Assembly: GCA_963745235.1 (NCBI GenBank)
Contig: CAVUXE010000073.1
Span: 32,001 to 96,000 of the forward strand
Reading direction: 5' to 3'
Length of the DNA: 64,000 nucleotides
Origin: an uncultured Spirochaetota bacterium
Lineage (GTDB): Bacteria > Spirochaetota > Spirochaetia > SZUA-6 > Fen-1364
The position numbers were made by a program, and so were the translations under genes. The notes below the pieces were generated by a model. The model was given only the letters and a program-made list of their open reading frames with translations. It was not told the origin of the DNA and ran no database searches. Shown one piece after another: positions 13,291-22,929 of the stretch (position 1 is the stretch's first letter; the number at the start of each line of letters is the position of its first letter).

Positions 13291-13704
13291 TCACGCGTAT
13301 TTGCGGTTGATCAGCCAGAGCGCGGCAAGGATGATCACGTCCGCCGAGAGCCGGTTGAGCCAGATGATGAAGTCCGGCTCGAAGAGTCCCTGGGCAAAGA
13401 AGCCGATGACGATCTCCACGATCCAGAGGATCGCGATCACGACGGTCAGCCAGTAGATGAGCCGGCTTCGGACCGCGATGAAAAGGGCGCCGAAGACGAT
13501 CACCCCCGCCGCGAGCTGGACGATCGCAATGACGACGTTGACCGGATTGTTCGAGCCGCCGATGAGCCTCGTCAGGCCGCGGCCAAACTGGGACGCCTCG
13601 GAGCTCCAGTCAGCAATGCCAATGAGGCCAAGGGTGAAAAGAAAGAGCCCCACGACTATCTGCAGGACGCTCACTGCATCGAACGAAAGGGTTTTCCTGG
13701 TCAT
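13291..13704 (-). CDS. Hypothetical 4-TM membrane protein
   Basis: MTRKTLSFD... with SD GAGGAGG and four hydrophobic segments; overlaps the tdh start region. Confidence 0.7.
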   Translation of the reverse strand: MTRKTLSFDAVSVLQIVVGLFLFTLGLIGIADWSSEASQFGRGLTRLIGGSNNPVNVVIAIVQLAAGVIVFGALFIAVRSRLIYWLTVVIAILWIVEIVIGFFAQGLFEPDFIIWLNRLSADVIILAALWLINRKYA

Positions 13705-13758
13705 TGTATCCTCCTCAGCCTGAGAAGTGTATCCTGCCCAGGCACTCCGTTCCAGTCG

Positions 13759-13828
13759 ATCAAAATGAATCAAAATCATTTTCGAAAAATCGATTTTGCT
13801 TGACAGGTGGCGAGCGGCAACGGATAAT
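13759..13828 (+). promoter_or_regulatory. Promoter TTGACA-N17-GATAAT with upstream AT-rich operator-like repeats (ATCAAAAT x2, AATC motifs)
   Basis: TTGACA at 13800-13805, GATAAT at 13823-13828, preceded by atcaaaatgaatcaaaatcattttcgaaaaatcgattt. Confidence 0.65.
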
Positions 13829-13866
13829 GAGCGGCATATCACCACAAGATCCCAAAGGAGGATGAT

Positions 13867-14995
13867 GTGAGAAAACTGTTCTTGTTCCTTGTTCCCGTTC
13901 TGATCCTGTCCGCATTGGCCCCTGCATTTGCCCAGGGCAAGACGTACAAGGTCGGAGTCATTCCCAAGTTCATCGCGGAGGACTACTTCATCGCATGTGA
14001 GCGCGGCTTCCGGCAGGCGGAGAAGGAGCTGGGCAACATCAAGGTCGACTGGATCGGAGATACGATGTCCCAGACATCGGCCGCCAACCAGAAGAACTAT
14101 ATCCAGAGCTTCATCGACAAGGGGTATGACGCCATCCTGGTGTCTGCGCTCGACCCGGAGAGCTATGCGGACACGCTCCGCGCCGCCCGGGCCAAAGGCA
14201 TCAAGGTCATCACCTGGGACGCGGATGTAAATCCGACTGCCCGGGACTTCTTCGTCAACCAGGTGGAAAGCGATCACATCGCCATCCAGCTCTTGAAGGG
14301 CCTGTCAGGGGACCTCAGCAAGTACACCCCTGCCAACAAGGCGACGGTGGCCATTGTTTCCACCACCAACGACTCCCCGAACCAGAACGCGTGGGTGAAG
14401 GCAATCGTCAACGAGTACACCAGCAAGAAGACGACCGACTACAAGCATCTGAACATCCTGGTCGCCCCTGACCAGATCGTGTACGCGGGAAATGACCAGG
14501 GCGCCGCTGAAGAAAAGGTCAAATCCCTCCTGAGCGCCAACAAGGGGCTCAAGGGCATCATCGCCCTGTCCTCCCTGACCGTCCCGGCGGTCTCCGCCGC
14601 CCGCGACCAGCTCGGCATCAGCGAGTCGATCAAAATCGTCGGAATCAGCGTTCCCGAGTCTTCGCGCAAGGACCTGGAGCAGGACAAGATTTCTTCCCTG
14701 GTTCTCTGGCAGCCGTTCGACCTGGGCTACCTGACGCTGTACGTCACGGAAGACGTCCTCAAGGGCAATCCGCCCAAGGGCCCGGTCTACAAGTCACCGC
14801 TCAGCGGCACCAACCAGATCACCAGCTTCATGGACGGGACGACGGTCATCAAGTATCCGGCCGCCGGCCACAAGATGATGGCGGACAACGTCATTATCCT
14901 CGGAGAGCCCATGGTGGTGAATTTCGAAGAACATCGATCGCTTCCGCGGCTATCCCAAGCTCGCAAGCGGAATGACTTTCTTCAAGCAGAAGTAG
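13867..14995 (+). CDS. Sugar ABC transporter substrate-binding protein, rhamnose/AI-2 (RhaS/LsrB-like); probable +1 indel near 14923
   Basis: Signal peptide, IPK...YF, VITWDAD and LWQPFDLGY motifs; removing one T restores the typical end NSKNIDRF...QK* (TAG 14993-14995). Confidence 0.82.
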
Positions 14996-15012
14996 CGAAC
15001 GCGTATCTCGAA

Positions 15013-15040
15013 GTCGGGCTTCCCGGAAGGGAAGCCCGAC
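15013..15040 (+). terminator. 12-bp stem, GGAA-tetraloop hairpin after the binding-protein gene (terminator or mRNA stabiliser)
   Basis: gtcgggcttccc ggaa gggaagcccgac is a perfect inverted repeat; the U-tract is weak. Confidence 0.6.
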
Positions 15041-15063
15041 CGTTGTCTGGCTTCCCCGTTCAT

Positions 15064-15092
15064 TTGACCGGATTCATACTCCGCTTTAGAAT
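15064..15092 (+). promoter_or_regulatory. Internal sigma70 promoter TTGACC-N17-TAGAAT before the ABC ATPase
   Basis: TTGACC at 15064-15069, TAGAAT at 15087-15092; GTG start 6 nt downstream at 15099. Confidence 0.6.
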
Positions 15093-15098
15093 GGAACC

Positions 15099-16629
15099 GT
15101 GAACATGGCGAGTGAGTTTGCAGAGTCCGACATCGTGCTCCAGATCCAGGGCGTCACCAAGACGTTTCCTGGAGTGGTGGCTCTTTCCGGCATGACCATT
15201 GACCTGCGGCGGGCAGAAGTGCACGCGGTGTGCGGGGAGAACGGCGCCGGGCAAGTCCACCCTCATGAAGTTGATCACGGGCATCTACCAGCCTGATTCC
15301 GGCACCATGAAGCTGAACGGGAAGCTCCTGAAGCTCCATAATCCCAACGACGCATATGCAAAAGGCATTGCAATCATCTTCCAGGAAACAAGCCTTTTCC
15401 CGGAGCTTTCCGTCCTGGAAAACATCTTCATGGGCCACGAGATCAGGAAGCCGCTTCTCGGTTTCGCGGGCTTTGTCCAGATTCTCGACTACGAGGCCAT
15501 GCGGACCAAGGCGCGGGAGATATTTACGCGTCTTGGGATCGAGGTGGACCTGGAGGGCCGCGTTTCGGAGCTGGGCGTCGCGACAAAGCAGATCGTGGAG
15601 ATTGCCAAGGCCCTGTCGTTCGACTCCCGGATCCTCATCCTGGACGAGCCGACTGCGGCTTTGACCAGCAAGGAAGTGGACACGCTTTTCGAGACCATCA
15701 CGAAGCTGAAGGCCCACGGGGTCTCGATGCTCTACATCAGCCACCGCCTGGATGAGATCTTCCAGATTGCGGACCGGGTCACCGTCATACGGGACGGGGA
15801 GTACGTGCAGACAGAAGAGGTCTCCCGGGTCACCCGGGACCAGCTCGTTTCCTGGATGGTCGGGCGCACGCTGAGCAACCTCTATCCCAAGGAGGACGTG
15901 GACATCGGGGAGGTCGTGTTCGAGGCGCGCGGCATCCGGCAGGAAGGCGTCCTCAGGGACGTGAACCTCACGCTTCGCCGAGGGGAGATCCTCGGCCTCT
16001 CCGGACTGGCAGGCGCCGGTCGCACCGAGCTGGCGCTCGTCCTCTGCGGCCTGGCGCGGCCGGATGCCGGGGAGATCCTTATTGACGGCGCGCGGGTGCA
16101 TATTGCCGACTATCGATCCGCCATGGAGAAGGGGATCGTCTACATATCGGAGGACCGGCAGAAGTACGGCCTGGTGGTTCCCATGACCGTCCGGGAGAAT
16201 ATCACGCTGCCCCTTCTCCTGCGCCTTTCCGGCTTTCTCGGCATCATCGACACCGCCAGGGAAGTTGCAATCAGCCGGACGTACATCGAGAGCCTGTCCA
16301 TCAAGACGCCCGGCGGGGATTTCGTCGTGAACAACCTCTCCGGCGGCAATCAGCAGAAGGTATCCGTCGCGAAAGCGCTCGCCACGGGACCGCGGATCCT
16401 CATTCTTGACGAGCCGACCCGGGGCGTGGATGTCGGCGCGAAGAGCGAGATCCACCGCATCATCAGCACCCTGGCAAAGGAAGGGAAATCCATCATCATG
16501 ATCTCAAGCGACCTGCCGGAGATCCTCGGGATGAGTGACCGCGTGCTCGTCATGAAGAACGGCGCCGCGCAGGGGGAGCTCATGCGCGACCAGCTGAGCC
16601 AGGAAAAAGTCCTGCGGATGGCGCTGTGA
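15099..16629 (+). CDS. Sugar ABC transporter ATP-binding protein (RbsA/RhaT type); +1 indel in Walker A near 15250
   Basis: KTFPGVVAL, GENGA[G][22 protein letters not shown] and LDEPTRGVDVGAK motifs. Confidence 0.92.
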
Positions 16630-17613
16630 TGGAAGGGTCCCTGACACGGAAGCGCCGCGTCACGCGGGAGTTCACCCTGGGGGCGCTGGTCGCCGCCTAC
16701 ATCGTCTTTCTGGCGCTCACAACCGGCTTCGGCAGCACGTCGGGCCTTTTCAGCATGATGCTGGACGTGAGCCCGACCATCGTGGGGGCCATTGCGCTCT
16801 CGCTCATCATCTTCACGGGCAACATCGACATTTCGGCGGGGACAATCCTCGGCTTCGTCGGGTTCGTGGCCGCCATCCTCGCGAAGGCGGGACTGCCCAT
16901 CGTGGTGTGGCTGCCCGCGGGCCTGCTGACGGGCATGTTCCTTGCCGGACTCAACGGCTGGCTCAGCGTTACTTTCCGGGTGCCGACCATCGTCGTCACC
17001 CTCGCAATGAACATGGTCCACATCGGTTTCTACGTGACCTTTCTGCCCAACGCTGGCTGGGTGCTGAACCTGAGTGACTCCTTCACGGCCCTCGGCCAGG
17101 GAAGATTCTTCGGTCTGGTCCCCTACATCTTCGTGATCGCCGTGGCCGTTGCGGCCCTGCTCATCTGGGTCGTCAAGTACACGAGGTTCGGCAAGGCCCT
17201 CTACGCGGTGGGCGGCAACAGGCAGGCCTCCATCTATGCGGGAATCAATCCCGACAGGACGGTCCTTGTGGCCTTCCTGGTGGAGGGGTTGCTCCTGGGC
17301 GTTGCCGGGCATCCTGAAGGCCACCACGGCGAACAGGCTCATGCCCTCGGTCTTCCAGGGACGGGAGATGATCTTCATCGCGGCGGCCGTGGTCGGCGGC
17401 GTCAACATCATGGGCGGCTCAGGCAAGCTGCTCGGTGCCGTGTTCGGCGCGCTCCTCGTCTACCTGCTCAGCATCACGATGATCTACCTCGGGTTCCAGG
17501 ACTACTTCCAGTTCGCCCTCCAGGGAATCATCATCCTGATCGCGGTCTTCATCACCGTGACGGATTTCGGTCCCGCGCGGAAATTACTCAGGAAAGCCTT
17601 CCGGAGAGGATGA
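16629..17613 (+). CDS. Sugar ABC transporter permease (+1 indel near 17308)
   Basis: TGNIDIS, YTRFGKALYAVGGN, then in the shifted frame IAAAVVGGVNIMGGSG. Confidence 0.88.
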
Positions 17614-17614
17614 T

Positions 17615-18622
17615 GTGAGAGACACAGGCATCATGTCGGACAACACACTGGGGCGGAGCACCCTGAGGGTCAGGGTCACCTACCAGGCCGCCCTCGGCCT
17701 CCTCCTTGTTGCGCTCATCGTTTTCTTCGGGCTCATCCAGCCCGTCTTCTTCCACCCCTCGGTCCTCTTCGACGCGACCTCCATCGTCGGTGAAATCGGC
17801 ATCATGGCCCTCGCCATGACGTTCATCATCACCACGGGCGGCATCGATCTCTCCGTGGGCTACATTCTCCAGCTCTCCGCCATCGTTTTTGGCGTTGTGC
17901 TCCAGGACACCCGGAGCCTGGCTCTGGCCATCCCGGCCGCCCTGGCCGCGGGCGCCTGCTGCGGCTTCATCAACGGGATCATCATCTCCCGGACAAGGAT
18001 CCCGCCCCTTGTTACAACGCTTGCGACAATGAACCTCTTTCGCGGTATTTCCTTCATCATCGCCGGGATCAACTCGTACACCGGCTTCCCGGAAGGGTTC
18101 AAGAAGATATCCACCTACCTCGTCCTGGGGGTCGTGCCCATCCAGTTCTTCTACTTCATTGTCCTTTTCATCTTCTTCCACCTGGTCTACGCCCGCGGCA
18201 GGCTGGGAAGAGACCTCAAGGGAATCGGTTTCAACGAGAACGTCCTCATCTTCTCCGGCATAAAGACGAAGCAGGTCCTGCTCTCCATTTACACTCTCTG
18301 CGGGCTCATGTGCGGCATCGCCGCCCTCATCTATCTGGGGAGGCTCTCCTCCGCAAAGACGAGCATGGGGAACGATCTCAACCTCCAGGTCATCACCGCG
18401 GTGGTCCTCGGCGGCACCTCGATCATGGGCGGCGTGGGCAGCGTGATCGGCACGTTCATCGGGGTGCTGATCATCGGCGTTCTCCGGAAAGGCTTTACGC
18501 TGATCGACTTCAGCGGCAACATCTTCAATTTTACCCTGGGGCTCATCCTCATTGTCGCGCTCATCGTTTTCGCCCTGCTGGAGGAGCGGAAGAAAAACGC
18601 GGGCAGAACCAACATCCAATGA
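17615..18622 (+). CDS. Sugar ABC transporter permease
   Basis: TGGIDLSVG, IPPLVTTLAT and ITAVVLGGTSIMGGVGS motifs. Confidence 0.9.
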   Translation: MRDTGIMSDNTLGRSTLRVRVTYQAALGLLLVALIVFFGLIQPVFFHPSVLFDATSIVGEIGIMALAMTFIITTGGIDLSVGYILQLSAIVFGVVLQDTRSLALAIPAALAAGACCGFINGIIISRTRIPPLVTTLATMNLFRGISFIIAGINSYTGFPEGFKKISTYLVLGVVPIQFFYFIVLFIFFHLVYARGRLGRDLKGIGFNENVLIFSGIKTKQVLLSIYTLCGLMCGIAALIYLGRLSSAKTSMGNDLNLQVITAVVLGGTSIMGGVGSVIGTFIGVLIIGVLRKGFTLIDFSGNIFNFTLGLILIVALIVFALLEERKKNAGRTNIQ

Positions 18623-18635
18623 GTGACGGGCCTGA

Positions 18636-19403
18636 CTAGACCTGGACGATCTCGATCCCTCTCTCGCGCAGCGCCTTTATGATGGAAACGTTGGCCCGAC
18701 GGGACGTGATGATCCGGGTGGCTTTCTCCACGGGACACAGGATGAGGTGGCCCAACCTGCCGAACTTCGTCTCGTCCGCCAGTATGATGAGCTCTCGAGC
18801 GTGCGCTATCATGGCGCGCTCCATCTGGATGAGCAGCGGTTCCGAGTTCGTGAGGGCTGTTTCCGTGATGCCTTCGATTCCCATGAATGCCTTGTTCACA
18901 TTGTAGTTGGCAAAGGGGTCAGCGCTCAGGTTGTTCAGAATGAGCTGGGAGCTCGGGTTGACGGTCCCCTCCGGCACGATGACCGTGCACCGGGAATGCC
19001 GCACCAGGTGATCAGCGATGGCGAAGGAGTTCGTCACCACCGTCACGTTCATCGTCGCAAGGTACTCCGCCATGTGGAAGGTGGTGGAGCCCCCGTCTAT
19101 CATGATGGTCTCACCCGGCTCGATGAGCCCGCAGGCATGGCGGGCGATGCGGCGCTTTTTCTCCTGGTTGACGCTGACACGTCGCGCCAGGGGGGCCTCC
19201 GCCTGCAGAGGCGCTCCGCGCTCCTGGGCGATCTCCACGCCGCCGCGCACCCTGCGCAGCCGCTTTTCTTTTTCCAGCTCGATGAAATCGCGGCGGATGG
19301 TTGCCTCGGAAGCGCCCGTGGCTTCAACGATGTCGTGAATGCTTGCAAAGGTATGCAGGTCGAGCAGACGGAAGATGGTCTGTTTGCGTTCCCGTTCGAG
19401 CAT
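18636..19403 (-). CDS. DeoR/GlpR family transcriptional regulator (RhaR-like)
   Basis: HTH ASEATIRRDF...RVRGG, EKKRRIA, IDGGSTT and VVTNS motifs; SD GAGGAGG. Confidence 0.9.
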   Translation of the reverse strand: MLERERKQTIFRLLDLHTFASIHDIVEATGASEATIRRDFIELEKEKRLRRVRGGVEIAQERGAPLQAEAPLARRVSVNQEKKRRIARHACGLIEPGETIMIDGGSTTFHMAEYLATMNVTVVTNSFAIADHLVRHSRCTVIVPEGTVNPSSQLILNNLSADPFANYNVNKAFMGIEGITETALTNSEPLLIQMERAMIAHARELIILADETKFGRLGHLILCPVEKATRIITSRRANVSIIKALRERGIEIVQV

Positions 19404-19510
19404 GCCCGACCTCCTCACATACGAATCATTATGCATGGCAATCGACAGAAAGCAATCGGAATCGATCCTTCATGATTGAAATCCAGCGAATTCCGTGCAA
19501 CCATCCGGGG

Positions 19511-20608
19511 ATGAAATCGAAAGAACGCGTTCTGCGCGCCTTCGGCCGTTCACCGGGCATGCCTGACAGGATGCCTCTCCAGTTCGATCTTTGCCGGACT
19601 CTCACCGAAGCATTTGCAAAGAGGCTCGGCATCGCGCCCGAGTATGCGATGTCCTACTACGAGGATCTCACCTATCGCATATCGGCGAACGGGATCCGCA
19701 CCGCGCTCGGCAGCGACTGCATCGTGGTGGGGGGCACGGTCCGATCGGGCTTTGTCCCCGAGCCGGTCGAAGGAGGAGCGGCCAGGAACGAGTTCGGGAT
19801 GCACATGAAGCCGACCGCGCTGTACGTGGAGGCGGTGAAATGTCCCCTGGAGTCCGCGGAGTCCAGGTCCGACATCGACTCCTACGCGTTCCCCGACCCC
19901 TCGGCCCCCGGCCGCTTCGATGCGGCGCGCAGGGACATCGATCGCTACGGCGAGGCGTTTTTCGTCATTGGTGACGTTGAGCTTTCGCTCTTCGAGCTTG
20001 CGTGGCACCTGACGGGGATGGAAAAGTACCTCATTGCGATGGCCATGGGTGAGGAGTGGGTGGACGCCGTGGATGAAAGCGTGGAACGCTGGACCACGGG
20101 ACTTGCCCTCCAACTGGTCCAGGCCGGAGTGGATGCGCTCTGGTTCGGGGAGGACCTCGGCAGCCAGACTTCCATGCTCATCTCCCCCGAGCTGTGGCGC
20201 TCCCGCTACAAGCCCCGCCACAAGCGGATCATAGAGGCCGTGAAGGCTGCGAATCCCGGGATCATCGTCATCATGCACTCGGACGGGGTGGTGGCACCGC
20301 TCATCGAGGACTTCATCCAGATCGGGGTGGAGGTCTACAACCCTGTTCAGCCCAACGTTCCAGGCTCGGATCCCGAGGAGCTCCAGCGGAAGTATGGGGG
20401 CCGCATCAGTTTCTTCGGCGGAATCGACCAGCAGTCCCTTCTGCCCGGCGGGGACAAGGCGGCCATCGCCTCCGAGCTCACCCGTCGGGCACATATCATG
20501 GGCTCCAAGGGCGGGTACCTGATGGCTCCCGCGCACATCATCCAGGCGGACGTCAGCGTCGAGACCGTGGAGCACATGATCTCGGTGGTGAAGGGAATCA
20601 GCTGCTGA
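19511..20608 (+). CDS. Uroporphyrinogen decarboxylase (UroD/MtaA) family protein
   Basis: MKSKERV...PDRMP, NEFGM, GEDLGSQTSMLISP, MHSDG, NPVQP, FFGGIDQQ and APAHIIQAD motifs. Confidence 0.85.
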   Translation: MKSKERVLRAFGRSPGMPDRMPLQFDLCRTLTEAFAKRLGIAPEYAMSYYEDLTYRISANGIRTALGSDCIVVGGTVRSGFVPEPVEGGAARNEFGMHMKPTALYVEAVKCPLESAESRSDIDSYAFPDPSAPGRFDAARRDIDRYGEAFFVIGDVELSLFELAWHLTGMEKYLIAMAMGEEWVDAVDESVERWTTGLALQLVQAGVDALWFGEDLGSQTSMLISPELWRSRYKPRHKRIIEAVKAANPGIIVIMHSDGVVAPLIEDFIQIGVEVYNPVQPNVPGSDPEELQRKYGGRISFFGGIDQQSLLPGGDKAAIASELTRRAHIMGSKGGYLMAPAHIIQADVSVETVEHMISVVKGISC

Positions 20609-20635
20609 CGGGCCGGAGCAAGGCCACGCGGTCTT

Positions 20636-21449
20636 CTACGCCGACGCAGGTTCGACCGGTGGCATTCCTGTCATCCTGGCCGACATCCGGGCCACGAGGC
20701 CCCGCGGAGCGTGACGGAGGAGGAAGGTCAGGAAGGGCTTCCCCACGACCGTCAGGGGGGGCGGGTTCACGCGCCTGGTGAGCCGCAGGACGCTGTGCGC
20801 AACCGTTCGTGGGGAGGGCGCGGCACCTATCATCGCGTCCCGCTTTTTCTTCACGCTCCTGACTGCCTCTGTGTAGGGAGACTTCTTCTTCATGATCAGC
20901 TCCTGGGGCAGGGTTGTTCGGACATACCAGGGAGCTATCACTGCAACCCTCACACCAGTGCCCGGCAAGCTCAATTCTGAGGCATTCCGTGAATGACCTG
21001 ACGGCGGCCTTGCTGGCAGAATAGAGTGAGGAAAAAGGTGAGGGTGCTTCGCTCCTGATGGAGCCGATGAACAGGATCATGCCGCTTCGTCGCTCTCGCA
21101 TTCCCGGAAGAAAAGCCTGCATCAGCGCAGCCGGACCGAAGAGGTTGACCTGGAAATGCTCACGCATCTTCCCCATGGGGATTTCTTCCGCCGGACCGAT
21201 GGGACTCTCCCCGGCGTTGTTCACAAGGAGGTCGACATCCCCGACGGCCTGGACGAGGGATTGGATGGTCTTCTCCTTCCCCAGGTCCAGGGGAAGATAG
21301 CGCACCCCCTTCACGCGGTCCCTGGCGGCAAGACCGCGCGGGCTCCTGCAGGTGCCGGTGACTTCCCAGCCTTCACCGACCAGGGCTGCGGCGATGGCGC
21401 GTCCGATTCCTCGGGAAGCGCCGGTGACAAGAGCTTTCCCGATGCTCAT
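20636..21449 (-). CDS. Short-chain dehydrogenase/reductase (+1 indel near 20962)
   Basis: ALVTGASRGIG, LVNNAG, catalytic YSASK, then ELA[G]TGVRV in the next frame. Confidence 0.85.
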
Positions 21450-22855
21450 GCCAGGCAGTCCAGCAGGAAAGCGAACGCCGCAACCGCCGTGTCGTTGTCC
21501 CCCGACGAGTGGCTTGCGCTCACCATGTCCCTTCCGTTGCGGGTCAGGACGCCGCAACTGTGCACCATGAAGGAGTACTCTTCGAGGATCCCCCTGCGGA
21601 ACATGATCTCCTGCAGCGCATCCGGTCCGGTGATGGGGACGGCGTGAGGCGCGGTCATCTCGATGCGGATGATCCCGCCGAAATTGTAGGCGAAAAAGCC
21701 GGAGGCGCGCCCGCGAAAGAGCGAGTTGAGCTTGTCAACGTAGTCGGAGGCCGAGGTGAAAAGCCGGTCCATGACGCCGGGCTTCTCCAGCTCGACGAAG
21801 GTGTAATATGCCGCGGCTGCCGACAGGACGGTGCCGGGAAGCGTTCCCGCCAGGTAGGCAAAAGGCCGTCCGTCCGGGATCACCCCCGCGCTCGCTGTTT
21901 CCATCACATCCGCCCTGCCGCATACGGCGCCGCAGGACGGCCACCCGCTCATGAGCGCTTTTCCAAGTGTGGTGATGTCCGGCTTCACCCCCAGGGCTCC
22001 CTGGGCCCCCCCCAGCCCCATTCGCAGACCGGTGACTACTTCGTCGAAAACGTAGAGCGCCCCATGCCTGTGGGCGATCTCGATGGCCGCCTCGTGGAAA
22101 CCGTCAGCGAACGGGACCAGCCCTGACTCCCCGCCGACCGGTTCGCAGAAAATAGCGGCTATCCCTCCGTCGGCTGCGTTGTCCTCCAGCGCCTTTTCCA
22201 GCGCCTCCAGGTTGTTCGGCGGAATGAGGACGGTCAGGTCAAGGATCTCTCCCGGGATGCCCTGGGAGAGGAACCTGCCGCTTCCCGGGATCTCCATGTC
22301 CGTCATGAAGGTGTCGCTCCACCCGTGGTAACCGGCCATGAACTTGGCCACCTTCTTCTTTCCCGTGAACGACCTTGCAATCCGGGCCGCCGCCGCGTTG
22401 GCCTCCGTGCCGGAGGAGGTGAAGCGCACGCGCTGGACTCCGGGAAAGTGGCCTATGATCTTTTCCGCGGCCTTGATCTCCATTTCGTCGGAGAAGCCGT
22501 GGAACCAGGTCTTTTTTTCGATCACCTCCATCATGCTGCGCTTCAGGCCCTCGTGGTTGTGCCCCAGGATGATGGGTCCGCCCGCAAGGATATAGTCGAC
22601 GTATTCGTTCCCGTCCACGTCCCAGATCCTGCTCCCCTGGCCGCGCTCCATGAAAAGCGGGTAGGGAACGCTCGGGGCCCACGCATGCTCGCAGCCCCGG
22701 GGCAGCGTTTTCCCCGCCTTCTCGAAGAGGCGGGCGGATGCAGCGGTCCGGCCTTGGAACTCCTTGAGCGCTTTCTCCCTCTTCTCGGGGTCCAGCTTCC
22801 TGACAGGGCGCTCGGCGAGCGCCCGCGTGCGATCCACGATGTCCTGGTACTTCAT
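21446..22855 (-). CDS. Class-III PLP aminotransferase (glutamate-1-semialdehyde aminomutase-like)
   Basis: GSRIWDVDGNEYVDY, RFTSSGTEA, YHGWSD, VFDEVVTG and PLP-Lys TLGKAL motifs. Confidence 0.85.
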   Translation of the reverse strand: MKYQDIVDRTRALAERPVRKLDPEKREKALKEFQGRTAASARLFEKAGKTLPRGCEHAWAPSVPYPLFMERGQGSRIWDVDGNEYVDYILAGGPIILGHNHEGLKRSMMEVIEKKTWFHGFSDEMEIKAAEKIIGHFPGVQRVRFTSSGTEANAAAARIARSFTGKKKVAKFMAGYHGWSDTFMTDMEIPGSGRFLSQGIPGEILDLTVLIPPNNLEALEKALEDNAADGGIAAIFCEPVGGESGLVPFADGFHEAAIEIAHRHGALYVFDEVVTGLRMGLGGAQGALGVKPDITTLGKALMSGWPSCGAVCGRADVMETASAGVIPDGRPFAYLAGTLPGTVLSAAAAYYTFVELEKPGVMDRLFTSASDYVDKLNSLFRGRASGFFAYNFGGIIRIEMTAPHAVPITGPDALQEIMFRRGILEEYSFMVHSCGVLTRNGRDMVSASHSSGDNDTAVAAFAFLLDCLA

Positions 22856-22929
22856 ATGGGGCCCGAGTATAGGGGAACGGAGCCGTGCTTGCCAGTCCCG
22901 GCCGCCCGGGGCTACACTGCCGGCGCGCC

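Noticed and set aside
14924-15102. C-terminal extension of the sugar-binding protein shown in the ORF track
   Set aside because: It runs through a hairpin and an internal promoter; a 1-nt correction gives the family-typical C-terminus ending at 14995.
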